Part shown: positions 30,402-39,298 of the stretch, one piece after another
Layout of the letters: each line of letters begins with the position of its first letter
Numbering within the stretch: the stretch's first letter is position 1
Assembly: GCA_964566145.1 (NCBI GenBank)
Contig: CAZMHN010000001.1
Coordinates: 16,945 to 80,944 of the forward strand
Origin: an uncultured Gammaproteobacteria bacterium
GTDB taxonomy: Bacteria; Patescibacteriota; Patescibacteriia; Veblenbacterales; UBA10138
Length of the DNA stretch: 64,000 nt
Reading direction: 5' to 3'
The notes under the pieces: model-generated
What the model saw: the letters and a program-made list of their open reading frames with translations, nothing else
What the model was told of the DNA's origin: nothing
The model's database searches: none
Made by a program: the position numbers and the translations under genes

Positions 30402-31754
30402 TCAGTTACAGCATGAGGACATCTTCGGCTTCTCAAAATGCCAGGGCTCGGAACACAGCTTACAAAAACCCTGGTCACGCATAGCTTGGATGACAGCCGC
30501 CATGGCCGTATTCTGTTCGCACAACGTCTTGTTCTTAAGGCACTCCTTCTGGGTGATGGCCTGCACGCTACCCATAGATGGCCATACGTCCACCGCCCGA
30601 CCGGTGGTATGCGGACAACTTATCGGCCCGTTGTTCATCATGCACGTAGTGGGACGGCCAGGCTTTGGATTGCATGATATAGGCGGGTTGCACGGCGGAC
30701 TGGCACACGGGGTATTCTGACAGTTCAGGGCAATAAGCTCGCGTTGCTTGGCTTCACTGCGGAGGCCAGAAGCAATGACCAGGCTAATCCCTTTGTTCTT
30801 GAGCGCGCTCGCCGCCTTTTCCAAGTCAATCGCGATTGAATAATCCACCCGCTGGCCCGAGCTGTTTATGATATTGTCACCGGACACTGCCCATGCCGTT
30901 GGCGAACTTTGAGTGGAGACGTCCTCACTTGATTCCAGCGTATCAAGACTGAACTCTATGCGGTCTATTGGCGTAATTGCATCCAGAGACTGCAAATCAA
31001 CCAACGCCGGATTCACGAGCGAAAGCAGAGAATAGGAAATAAGCGCAATGACCAATCCGGACAATGCACTAAAAATTGTGTCGTTGGCATCAGTTATCTT
31101 GGTGGGACTGCCTGCGGCTATGATGCGCTTGAAGCCGCCCCACATCACCATGACCACGGCGACCACGGCCAGCATGGCCACAAAAAAGCGGTAGAAAAGG
31201 GCGAAATAATGCACTGCGGTCGAAGCGGTAATGACTATTCCCTCGCCTGCCCGGACGGTAAAGTTGGCTCCTCCAATAGTAATGCTACCCGGAATAGTAA
31301 CCTGTGGTATGAAAGTAACCGAGCTGGCTGGCGATGGAGTTTCAGAATCAAGATCAAGCGGCAAGGTTGACGCCACGGTCGATGATACAACAACTGCGTC
31401 ATCGATAACATCTTGCTCACCCCCAGGCGCCGCCAGCATCACTGTCTTGACACAGGCATACTCCGCCTGATTCGTACCGATGGGGCGATAACAGCACACG
31501 TACCTGGGAACGCCCGGCATGGAACTGCCTTCTAGGCCCGGACACATAACCTCATTTCCAGTTATACCGCAGGTATCATCGCTGGGGTCGCCTACGTTAT
31601 TGGTATTGTAGGCTGTGAATGCGGCCGGTAAATAGGCGCTGTCAGCGACCTTGCACGCTTCCGCCGCGTCCTGACCAGTCTGGGCCATAGCCAGCATAGG
31701 CACCACCAATGCCGTTACGCACCATATGCCGGATAAAATCCACAGCCTGCTCAT
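30402..31754 (-). CDS. Secreted Cys-rich protein with a VirB2/TrbC-like two-helix membrane hairpin and a C-terminal LAS-superfamily M15 (VanY-like) peptidase domain.
   Basis: Signal peptide. Hairpin FYRFFVAMLAVVAVVMVMWGGFKRII...ALSGLVIALISYSLLSLVNP. C-terminal motifs SGLRS...Q..L, H...GRAVDVW and EPWHFE. Confidence 0.6.
   Translation of the reverse strand: MSRLWILSGIWCVTALVVPMLAMAQTGQDAAEACKVADSAYLPAAFTAYNTNNVGDPSDDTCGITGNEVMCPGLEGSSMPGVPRYVCCYRPIGTNQAEYACVKTVMLAAPGGEQDVIDDAVVVSSTVASTLPLDLDSETPSPASSVTFIPQVTIPGSITIGGANFTVRAGEGIVITASTAVHYFALFYRFFVAMLAVVAVVMVMWGGFKRIIAAGSPTKITDANDTIFSALSGLVIALISYSLLSLVNPALVDLQSLDAITPIDRIEFSLDTLESSEDVSTQSSPTAWAVSGDNIINSSGQRVDYSIAIDLEKAASALKNKGISLVIASGLRSEAKQRELIALNCQNTPCASPPCNPPISCNPKPGRPTTCMMNNGPISCPHTTGRAVDVWPSMGSVQAITQKECLKNKTLCEQNTAMAAVIQAMRDQGFCKLCSEPWHFEKPKMSSCCN
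31078..31181. repeat. Direct repeat copy 1 (about 104 nt, roughly 95% identical to 34626-34729).
   Basis: By-eye alignment of the two TM-hairpin coding cores. Only about 6 mismatches. Confidence 0.8.
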
Positions 31755-31773
31755 ATCTCAAGCATAAAGGTGC

Positions 31774-32424
31774 TTAGAGTTGCTGTCGAATTATGGCTTC
31801 CAGATCGGAAGCGGTAAGCAGGCCGCTCCACGCCTGGCCGTTGATTACAAAGTAGGGCGTCCCGTCGATGCCTATGGCGTCCCCCTCCCGCCGATTGCGT
31901 TCTACTATCGCCTGCGTCTCTTTGCCGTCCAGACACCTTATGAACTGCGGCAGCCTTAAACCCACCTCTCCCGCCAGCTCAACATAGGCATCGTTGCCCA
32001 AGCGTGCCTGTTCACGGAACAGGACGTCGTGGTACTGCCAGAATTTGCCCTGCTGATGCGCACACTGCGCCGCTATAGCCGCAGGCAGTGCTTCGTCGTG
32101 TCCAGGCACCGGGTAATCCTTCCATACCAGCCTGGCCTTGCCGCCGGAACTCTCAACCGCCTGCCTTGCCGCCGGAGCGGACTGGGCGCAATAGGGGCAC
32201 TGGAAGTCGCTGAACTCGACTATGGTGACATTGGCGGTGCCAGACCCCAGGCTGGGATCAGCCGCGAACACCTGCACTTGCGCAGGCAACTTATAATCCA
32301 ACGGCTCCTCGAGCGGCACTGGACCGGAAGAGCCCTTGGGCCAAGCTTTCACTGCTGCCATTGCCAGCACTATGCAACTCACGCCTAGAAGCCAGAGCAA
32401 TGGCGAACGAATCCACGCCGGCAT
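31774..32424 (-). CDS. DsbA-like thiol:disulfide oxidoreductase (thioredoxin fold).
   Basis: N-terminal anchor. CPYC active site. TPYFVING cis-Pro loop region. Confidence 0.8.
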   Translation of the reverse strand: MPAWIRSPLLWLLGVSCIVLAMAAVKAWPKGSSGPVPLEEPLDYKLPAQVQVFAADPSLGSGTANVTIVEFSDFQCPYCAQSAPAARQAVESSGGKARLVWKDYPVPGHDEALPAAIAAQCAHQQGKFWQYHDVLFREQARLGNDAYVELAGEVGLRLPQFIRCLDGKETQAIVERNRREGDAIGIDGTPYFVINGQAWSGLLTASDLEAIIRQQL

Positions 32425-32433
32425 AGCGAGTCA

Positions 32434-33663
32434 CTACTCCGATAACTGCATACTTCGCAATATGCCCGTAGCGTCATCCGTAAAATACAGGAACCGTCCG
32501 TCCCCGGAAACAGTCAGATTCCCTGTCGTAACGCCTTCTCCCCGCTCGTTGACCGGCGAACCCACCACCGTGGTACTGCCGGTCGTATAGTCGATGCGCC
32601 AAACGGTGTCTGGCACGCCCTGCGCCATCTCGCGCGCAAACCCGGCGCCAGCTGGAAGCTCCTGAGGCACGGCGCAATAGGCCGCCGAACCCGCGAAAGT
32701 ACATTTATCGGCCCAAGTGGACAGATTCAAAGTCTGGTGGTTTGAGCCCACCCGGTCAACCGAACCGTCCACCAGGTAAAGCATGGGCTTGTAGTCGGTC
32801 TGATCGCTGTACGCCGAATACAATATGCGCTGTCCGTCCGGAGTCCACTTGGGAGTAAAGCCCCGGCCTTCCACGTTCAGGGCTCGGTAATTCTCATCGT
32901 TGAAGCCTATGAGAAGAACTTGCTGTTCGAACACGCCCTGCGCCTCGCCGGTACGAGACAGCGCTACCACCTGGTTGTTCGGCGCCCATTCTACATCCAC
33001 CTTGTCCGCGTTGTCGCCCATAGGCTCTATGCCCCTGAGATTCGAGCCGTCCGGATTCACGGCCACTATCCAATTGTCAGCCGTACGGTCGCTCAGGAAC
33101 TTGCCGGCCAGCTCGCTACTGTCGTATGAAAAGGAAAACTCAGCCATCTCCTGGGGGAGCGTGTACTGCTTCTGCGTACGGAAATCGTACACGATGTTGG
33201 CGCCATCCGGGAACTCAAGCACGGCCTTGTCCTTGGAACCGGCCCAGGTAATATCCTGCACGTTGCAATACGTGGCCTCGGCCAGGCGGCTACGGTTGCC
33301 GCTCGCGTCCACCTCGTAGAACTGACACGTAGCCGCGTCGTAGTACCGCACCGTCCCGCTTGAAGTCACCTCCGGATCCAAGGCCGCGCCGCTGGTAAGG
33401 GCCGGTGAAGCGGTAAGGCCTCCGTCAGCTACGAGCGAAGCTTCCGGGAACACAGGCACTCCGATACCCGGCTCGTTCGTGCCTGGCGCAGGTCCGCCTT
33501 CATTCACGGCCGGAAAGCCTCCTGGCGGAGTTACGTTCACGTTAGTAGGCGGCTCAACCGGCTCCGGACGCCACACCAGGTACATAAGCCAGGCCAGCAC
33601 TATGATGCCAACGGCGACCACCGCCATCAAAATAAGCTTCCGTCTGTCCAAATTCTCAAGCAT
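32434..33663 (-). CDS. Membrane-anchored TolB-like beta-propeller protein.
   Basis: N-terminal TM helix, Pro-rich linker, repeated WxPDG-type blades (VAVNPDGSN, PKWTPDGQRILYSA, SGDGRFLYF). Confidence 0.6.
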   Translation of the reverse strand: MLENLDRRKLILMAVVAVGIIVLAWLMYLVWRPEPVEPPTNVNVTPPGGFPAVNEGGPAPGTNEPGIGVPVFPEASLVADGGLTASPALTSGAALDPEVTSSGTVRYYDAATCQFYEVDASGNRSRLAEATYCNVQDITWAGSKDKAVLEFPDGANIVYDFRTQKQYTLPQEMAEFSFSYDSSELAGKFLSDRTADNWIVAVNPDGSNLRGIEPMGDNADKVDVEWAPNNQVVALSRTGEAQGVFEQQVLLIGFNDENYRALNVEGRGFTPKWTPDGQRILYSAYSDQTDYKPMLYLVDGSVDRVGSNHQTLNLSTWADKCTFAGSAAYCAVPQELPAGAGFAREMAQGVPDTVWRIDYTTGSTTVVGSPVNERGEGVTTGNLTVSGDGRFLYFTDDATGILRSMQLSE

Positions 33664-33667
33664 ATGC

Positions 33668-35098
33668 CTAGCGGTCAGGGAAATTGGCCCGTGTAATGTT
33701 TAGATCGCACACGAACGGAGTCCTAATACTTCCATCCTGATTCAGTATCGCACTTTCCGGTATCAAACTGGAAGCGGGCACGGCACCCCAATCCAATCTG
33801 TCAACCGCCGCGGCCTTGGGGTCACTGGCACTGGGCGACGAACCGGAAATGTGCTTTGTTTCGCCGGCTTGACAAGAAGAAGCATCCACAGCATACCAGT
33901 CATCTGACCCGGAGCTTTCAACTTCGACTAAAAGTGCATAGCCCTTGCCTCCTCCTGATGAGGAACATAAGGCCGACGGTCGTAACGGCATATAGGAACG
34001 TTCTCCGGTCATTCCACCGCCCTGGCCCCAACAATTAGAAACGGCATAGGCTGATTTGCCCTCGACGTCAATGGTGCTGACATTAGGTGCATTTGGTTCG
34101 CTTACGCTACAATCAAAACCTGAAGCAGGGTTAGTATTATTACATATTATCTGTAAATCAATGTAATTAGTCTCGATTCCAGTGAGCTTACCCTGTATCA
34201 GATAATTACTACACGCATATTTCGGACTGTCGCTATAAAGATTTTCAAAACATCCTTGTCCGCCATCGCATTCTATCCCGATACATTCATTTCCATTGAC
34301 TACAAGTGTCCTTCCGCATGTCACTAATGGCCGCTGCGTTATAAGTTCAGCGCTGGAACCACCACACTGTCCACCGCCCGGACAATCTGAGTTCTGATAA
34401 CAATCCATCCTGTTGCGGTCTCCGCCTACACATTTGCCGGTTTTGTCATAGTATCCCACGCTATACAGCCCCGGATTCTCGCTGTACTTAGGACAGAAAC
34501 CGAAAAAATCCGGCTTGACCATTTCTATGGGCGGCAGGGTGTTCAAGACCAGTCTTGGGTTCACCAATGAAAGCAAAGAGTAGGACAAGAGCGCTATCAC
34601 CAGGCCTGAAATCGCACTGACAATCGTGTCGTTGGCATCAGTTATCTTGGCGGGACTGCCCGCGGCCATAATACGCTTGAAGCCGCCCCACATCACCATG
34701 ACCACGGCCACCACAGCCAGCATGGCCACGAAGAACTTGTAGAACGCCGCCAGGTATTGCGGGAATCCGCCCGTGACCTTGCTTCCGAAGCCGGGAATGG
34801 GCACCTGGAGGTCTATGTTCGTACTGCCTACAAAACAGCGGGCTGTTTCCACGTCAGCCGTACCCCGGCAGTTCTCCACGCTCCATTGGTCATTCTCCCC
34901 ATTTCCATACACCGGATTTCCGCGAAATACGTTTCCCTTGCCCCATATGCCCTTGGCCCCTTCGCAATCAGCTTCCAGCCAGCAACGCTTCTGCAACGCC
35001 TCATCCAATCCCGAATCGGCGGCCAACGCCGGCAGGGCCACCCACGGCAACACCAGCACCGCCAATGATACGAGTAAAATGAAAAATCTCCTGTTCAT
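33668..35098 (-). CDS. Paralog of 30402-31754: secreted Cys-rich protein with the same VirB2/TrbC-like membrane hairpin and a large Cys-rich C-terminal domain.
   Basis: Signal peptide. Hairpin FYKFFVAMLAVVAVVMVMWGGFKRIMAAGSPAKITDANDTIVSAISGLVIALLSYSLLSLVNP. About 25 Cys downstream. Confidence 0.6.
   Translation of the reverse strand: MNRRFFILLVSLAVLVLPWVALPALAADSGLDEALQKRCWLEADCEGAKGIWGKGNVFRGNPVYGNGENDQWSVENCRGTADVETARCFVGSTNIDLQVPIPGFGSKVTGGFPQYLAAFYKFFVAMLAVVAVVMVMWGGFKRIMAAGSPAKITDANDTIVSAISGLVIALLSYSLLSLVNPRLVLNTLPPIEMVKPDFFGFCPKYSENPGLYSVGYYDKTGKCVGGDRNRMDCYQNSDCPGGGQCGGSSAELITQRPLVTCGRTLVVNGNECIGIECDGGQGCFENLYSDSPKYACSNYLIQGKLTGIETNYIDLQIICNNTNPASGFDCSVSEPNAPNVSTIDVEGKSAYAVSNCWGQGGGMTGERSYMPLRPSALCSSSGGGKGYALLVEVESSGSDDWYAVDASSCQAGETKHISGSSPSASDPKAAAVDRLDWGAVPASSLIPESAILNQDGSIRTPFVCDLNITRANFPDR
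34626..34729. repeat. Direct repeat copy 2 (pairs with 31078-31181).
   Basis: See copy 1. Confidence 0.8.
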
Positions 35099-35099
35099 A

Positions 35100-35630
35100 C
35101 TATTGTGCTACCCACTTATACACCGTGCCCGCAAGCTCGCATCCGCCCACCTTGCCGAACAGACCCAAAACTGGCGATACGGCCGGGCCTAGGTTTTCGC
35201 ATGCCATGGCCGGGTCACTAACCAACGCGTAAACCACGCCGAACACTATAATCAGAATTGTAAGCGCAAAAAGCATTAATCCGTAATTGACCGCCTTTTC
35301 CCAGCCAGACTGTTTCCACCATGGTATAACGATTGGAAAAATTATTGTCTCTATAAACGACCAGGATAACAAGGCCCAGATGGAAATAAACACGTCGCCC
35401 AAGGATGTGGTGCCGAACGTCACTCCTTTTATCAGCCAACCTATCCTCTTCAGCTGTTTCAGTTTCTTGGCTAGACGTTCGACTGACTCTGCCTTACCCT
35501 GCAGAGCCGATGCCGCGGCTTTCCCAGCTACCCGCTTTGCCAATTCGCGCTCGGCCACCAAGGCTACCTGCGTCTCGCGTGCAACGGCCGCGCCCCTAAC
35601 CACGGCAGCGGCAATGGCAGGTAAGGGCAT
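35100..35630 (-). CDS. Hypothetical membrane protein (3 TM helices) in the T4SS-like operon.
   Basis: 176 aa. Charged N-terminus followed by hydrophobic helices. Confidence 0.5.
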   Translation of the reverse strand: MPLPAIAAAVVRGAAVARETQVALVAERELAKRVAGKAAASALQGKAESVERLAKKLKQLKRIGWLIKGVTFGTTSLGDVFISIWALLSWSFIETIIFPIVIPWWKQSGWEKAVNYGLMLFALTILIIVFGVVYALVSDPAMACENLGPAVSPVLGLFGKVGGCELAGTVYKWVAQ

Positions 35631-35633
35631 AGG

Positions 35634-36200
35634 CTACTGCTCCCACCTGGCGCTATCCACCAGCCACTGACCGCCGCTTAGCACCATGGACAACCTTAGT
35701 TTTTGATAAGACAGTCTGGGCGCCTCCTCGCGCGCAAAGCGCTCCTGCCGCTGTACTTGCACCCAAACTTCGGCCGAAATTTCCCCCTGCTGGATCACTT
35801 CTAGAACGAGCGCCCGCGAGGAAGAGCTGTAAAACGCCGCCGGTTCGCCCGCGCCCGAATCCATGGTTCGCTCGACCTGCCGGCGTAAGCCTTCGGTGTA
35901 GAACCGGTCGAGTGCTTTCAAATTTTCGAATGGCGCGTCTGTGGAGTAACTGCCGTACCCCTCGGCAAAGGCGTAAGCAGTCTGCTGAAGGCCCAGGGTG
36001 TTCGTGTCAACGGCCGGTTCGCCTGCGGGGGCCGGCTGAATCGGATCAGGAGCGGAGGCCTCGGGCGATTGTTCTGTTATGGGCGGTTGCTCTATCCGGC
36101 CGCTGGATGTGCGCGAGGACCACAGGCTCCACGCGGCTATGCCCAGGGCCGCTATCAGTGCTGCCGACAAGGAAATTATGATAAGCAGACGTCGGTTCAT
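35634..36200 (-). CDS. Bitopic membrane protein with an extracytoplasmic domain. Possible VirB8/TcpC-like (NTF2-fold) component.
   Basis: N-terminal TM helix followed by a roughly 150-aa domain with an alternating hydrophobic beta pattern. Placed immediately beside virB4. Confidence 0.4.
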   Translation of the reverse strand: MNRRLLIIISLSAALIAALGIAAWSLWSSRTSSGRIEQPPITEQSPEASAPDPIQPAPAGEPAVDTNTLGLQQTAYAFAEGYGSYSTDAPFENLKALDRFYTEGLRRQVERTMDSGAGEPAAFYSSSSRALVLEVIQQGEISAEVWVQVQRQERFAREEAPRLSYQKLRLSMVLSGGQWLVDSARWEQ

Positions 36201-36206
36201 GTCTTT

Positions 36207-38087
36207 CTACCCTATCTCCGGCTCCTGCAGGCTGGCCTCGAACTGTTTCTTGGCCTCTTCTATCTCCAGAAGCTGCCTGGGGTCGCTAGTTATGAGCTGA
36301 TCCTCGGTGTAGCTGGCCACCACCTTGATGGCGGCGTGCTTTGAGCCGGCGAAGAATATACCCTCGCCTACCCCGCACTCCAGCAATAAGTACTTCTCAC
36401 CCTCGGTCAGAAGGAAGGTCTTCACCACAATGTCGATGCCGGCTGACGACTGCTTCAACAGCAGTTGCAGGCTGGAATTCGTGACTATGGCCTGTCCGTA
36501 GGGGCTGGTCAGGAAATCGTTCACGTCTTGCGTAATTGTGGTAACGCCAAGGTAGTACTTGCGGCAACGTTTCACCAACGCGAAGATGAATTTGGCAGAG
36601 TCCTCGTGCTGCATCAGCCACCATGCCTCGTCGATGACCAAAATGCGTTTCTTCAATTGTGACCTGACCACGTTCCAGATGTAGTTCACGATGGTGTATA
36701 TGGCGATGGGCCTGAGCTCATCCTCCAAATCCCTGACCGAGAACACCACCAGCTGGTTCCGCACGTCAACGTTAGTGGGACTGTTGAACAATCCGGCAAA
36801 AGTACCCTCCGTATACTTTTTGAGCCGCAATACCAAATCCTCCCCGCCCTGCATGCCCGCCAGCACTTCTTCGAAATCCGCCATGACCGGCGACTCCGCC
36901 TTAGACAGGTCCGTAGTAGAGGTAATGTCCTTCTTGGCGTAGGTTTCAATGAGTGCGCGGTCGATGATGGAGTCCTCCTGATGTGTAAGGTTGCCCAGCA
37001 TCAGACGCATCAGGCCCTTCAGAGTGATGACGGCTGAACGTATAATGTCGCCGGTCTTCACGTCGCCTACCGGGCGCGGCAAATCAAACGGGTTTATCTT
37101 GGCGTCCGAATTCAGAGAAATATTCACGTAGGTCCCGCCCACGGCATCGCACAGGTGCTTGTACTCCATTTCCGGGTCAACAATGATGACGTCCGTACCC
37201 ATCATGAGCGAACGGAGCACCTCGAGCTTCACGGCGTAGCTCTTGCCAGCGCCCGATGTGGCGAACACCACCATATTGGCGTTCTGCAAGCTGAATCTGT
37301 CGAACAGAATGAGCGAATTATTGTGGCGGTTGATGCCGTACAGTATGCCGTTATCACTGGTCAGCTCGGCGGAGATGAAAGGGAAAGACGAGGCCACCGG
37401 CGACGTGTTCATGTTGAAGTAAATCTGCAGTTCGTCGTTGGCCAACGGCAAGGTGGAGTTGAATCCCTGTTCTCCCTGCCACAGCGCGCGTCGGGAGTAG
37501 ACCAGCTTGGAGCCGATGATGGATTCCACCTGTTCGGTAAGCTTGTCCAGCTCCTTTTTATCGTGGGAGTAAATGGTGGCATAAAGCGCGAACTGGAAGA
37601 AGCGCTCGATGCCTTGGGTCAGGTCGTCCCTAAGCTTCTCAATGTCCCTAAGGGCTGTTTCGCGTATGGGATCCCTGGGTGCGCCCTTGTCATGGTCAGC
37701 CACTATCTGCGCCTCCAGTGCGCCCACTTTGTTCCGGAGCTGCTTCAGGATGACTTCGGACGGCACCTGGTAGAAGAACATGCCCACGTCCAAGGTGGCG
37801 TTCAGGTTCACGATGGGGGCGAACCACCCCACGGATATGTACCTCGGGTACGACAGCACGAACAAGGTCCGGAGGTAGAGGTCGTTGAGCTCCACGTGAT
37901 CGGGCATGATGCGGAAACTGGCCGGCGCGATAAGGTCCCGTACGCGGACCGCCCCTTCCCGCAATATTCTTTCAGCCTCCAGTATCTCCTTTTGCGTGCC
38001 AGTCGGAATAACCTGCTCCGGGGGCGGAGCGGCCGTCTCCTTGAGCTGTTTCTGCACCTTGCTTTTCGTAAAAAGTCCCATAGTCAC
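36207..38087 (-). CDS. virB4: VirB4/TrbE/CagE-family type IV secretion ATPase, central and C-terminal ATPase portion.
   Basis: 626 aa. Walker A VVFATSGAGKSYAV. Walker B ILVIDEAWWLM. VirB4-type middle domain. Confidence 0.9.
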   Translation of the reverse strand: MTMGLFTKSKVQKQLKETAAPPPEQVIPTGTQKEILEAERILREGAVRVRDLIAPASFRIMPDHVELNDLYLRTLFVLSYPRYISVGWFAPIVNLNATLDVGMFFYQVPSEVILKQLRNKVGALEAQIVADHDKGAPRDPIRETALRDIEKLRDDLTQGIERFFQFALYATIYSHDKKELDKLTEQVESIIGSKLVYSRRALWQGEQGFNSTLPLANDELQIYFNMNTSPVASSFPFISAELTSDNGILYGINRHNNSLILFDRFSLQNANMVVFATSGAGKSYAVKLEVLRSLMMGTDVIIVDPEMEYKHLCDAVGGTYVNISLNSDAKINPFDLPRPVGDVKTGDIIRSAVITLKGLMRLMLGNLTHQEDSIIDRALIETYAKKDITSTTDLSKAESPVMADFEEVLAGMQGGEDLVLRLKKYTEGTFAGLFNSPTNVDVRNQLVVFSVRDLEDELRPIAIYTIVNYIWNVVRSQLKKRILVIDEAWWLMQHEDSAKFIFALVKRCRKYYLGVTTITQDVNDFLTSPYGQAIVTNSSLQLLLKQSSAGIDIVVKTFLLTEGEKYLLLECGVGEGIFFAGSKHAAIKVVASYTEDQLITSDPRQLLEIEEAKKQFEASLQEPEIG

Positions 38088-38092
38088 CCTGC

Positions 38093-38815
38093 CTATACGG
38101 GTTGCTCGTCAGGCAACACCGCAGTGGTCCGGTCAACCTGCAATTTATCTATGTCCGTCATGGGTTGCTGGCCCTTGAGCTCCGGGTTGTACGTGGCGTA
38201 GTACAGTTCAATCAGGCTTTGGGTATCCAGTCGAGCCACCTTCAGACTAATGGAGTTCAGTCCTGTGGCCACAAAATCACACCGCTTGGCCAGCTCATCC
38301 GCGTGATGCTCGAACTCCTGGCGGTTCAGACGCACGTGCTTGGCGGCGCTGAAGGCGGATAGGAACCGCGAGACAGGGCTCCGCTGTTTGTCGGATACCG
38401 GACTGTACGGCACCACCACGAAAAACCGCTTGGTCATGATGTCGCCCAGGCTGATAAGCTCCTTGATGTAGTTCAGATACTCGCTTATCTGCACCCGCAG
38501 AAGCTCGTTCGTTTGTTGCTTCTCCAGGTCGGCCAGGTTCTTGAGGTATGAGTCTATGTTGAGCTTCCTGGACTGAATGACTATCTGGAGCGGGAAGTCG
38601 AGCGAATTCAGGAACTGCATGTAGGCCTGGATGGTGGCCGTCTGCTCGTCCTCGCTCTTCAGGGCAAAATTTATGGATGAAGCCAAGAGCACGCCCCGGA
38701 GCGTTCCGTCGCGCATAATGACGCATCCGTCCCGCACCTCGGCGATGTCGAGATACGAAGACGTAGGCGGTCCGACTTTCGACTTGGCTAATACATTCCT
38801 AAGCGGCATAAACAA
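38093..38815 (-). CDS. virB4: VirB4 N-terminal domain encoded as a separate ORF (split gene or frameshift).
   Basis: LDIAEVRDGCVIMRDGTLRGVLLAS...EDEQTATIQAYMQFLNSLD follows the VirB4/TrbE N-domain pattern. TAG stop sits 5 nt before the GTG/ATG of the ATPase ORF, in a different frame. Confidence 0.7.
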   Translation of the reverse strand: MFMPLRNVLAKSKVGPPTSSYLDIAEVRDGCVIMRDGTLRGVLLASSINFALKSEDEQTATIQAYMQFLNSLDFPLQIVIQSRKLNIDSYLKNLADLEKQQTNELLRVQISEYLNYIKELISLGDIMTKRFFVVVPYSPVSDKQRSPVSRFLSAFSAAKHVRLNRQEFEHHADELAKRCDFVATGLNSISLKVARLDTQSLIELYYATYNPELKGQQPMTDIDKLQVDRTTAVLPDEQPV

Positions 38816-38818
38816 ATA

Positions 38819-39271
38819 TCACTCCTTGCTCTTGGCTCCAAACTCGTCTTCCGGCTGATACGCTCCTCCGGTATCCACGACCAACGACAACTCCTGTAGC
38901 CGGGAAGACGGGACGTAAGGCTTGGTGCGGTGAGTTTCCGGAACGGCCGTGGTGGCGCGGCCGCGCGCCGGAGCCACATCGGTAAGTTCAGTCGGCTTCT
39001 GCCACACCCGCACCTTGGGCGTGAAGAACGTAGCGAAAAAGTTGGACAGGAAGAAATGGAACGGCATCCCGTTCACTTTCATGAAAGCGAACAGCGCCGT
39101 CAGGAACACGGTCACCAACGCTTCTAAAATGAACAAGCCGAAATCAGCGAACTTGAACTCCAAGAACAGGAGGAATCCGGCCACCAACATAACTATGAAC
39201 TGACGGACGGTTACGGGGCCGATTATCTTATCCTCTACATCTATGAACTGCGGGACGACGAACTGTTGCAT
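38819..39271 (-). CDS. PrgI-family protein (VirB3 analogue of Gram-positive-type T4SS).
   Basis: MQQFVVPQFIDVEDKIIGPVTVRQFIVMLVAGFLLF... two TM helices, then KVNGMPF...VRVWQK. Matches the PrgI family signature. Confidence 0.75.
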   Translation of the reverse strand: MQQFVVPQFIDVEDKIIGPVTVRQFIVMLVAGFLLFLEFKFADFGLFILEALVTVFLTALFAFMKVNGMPFHFFLSNFFATFFTPKVRVWQKPTELTDVAPARGRATTAVPETHRTKPYVPSSRLQELSLVVDTGGAYQPEDEFGAKSKE

Positions 39272-39298
39272 ATAAAGTAAGTGTACCACGCGCCCGGT

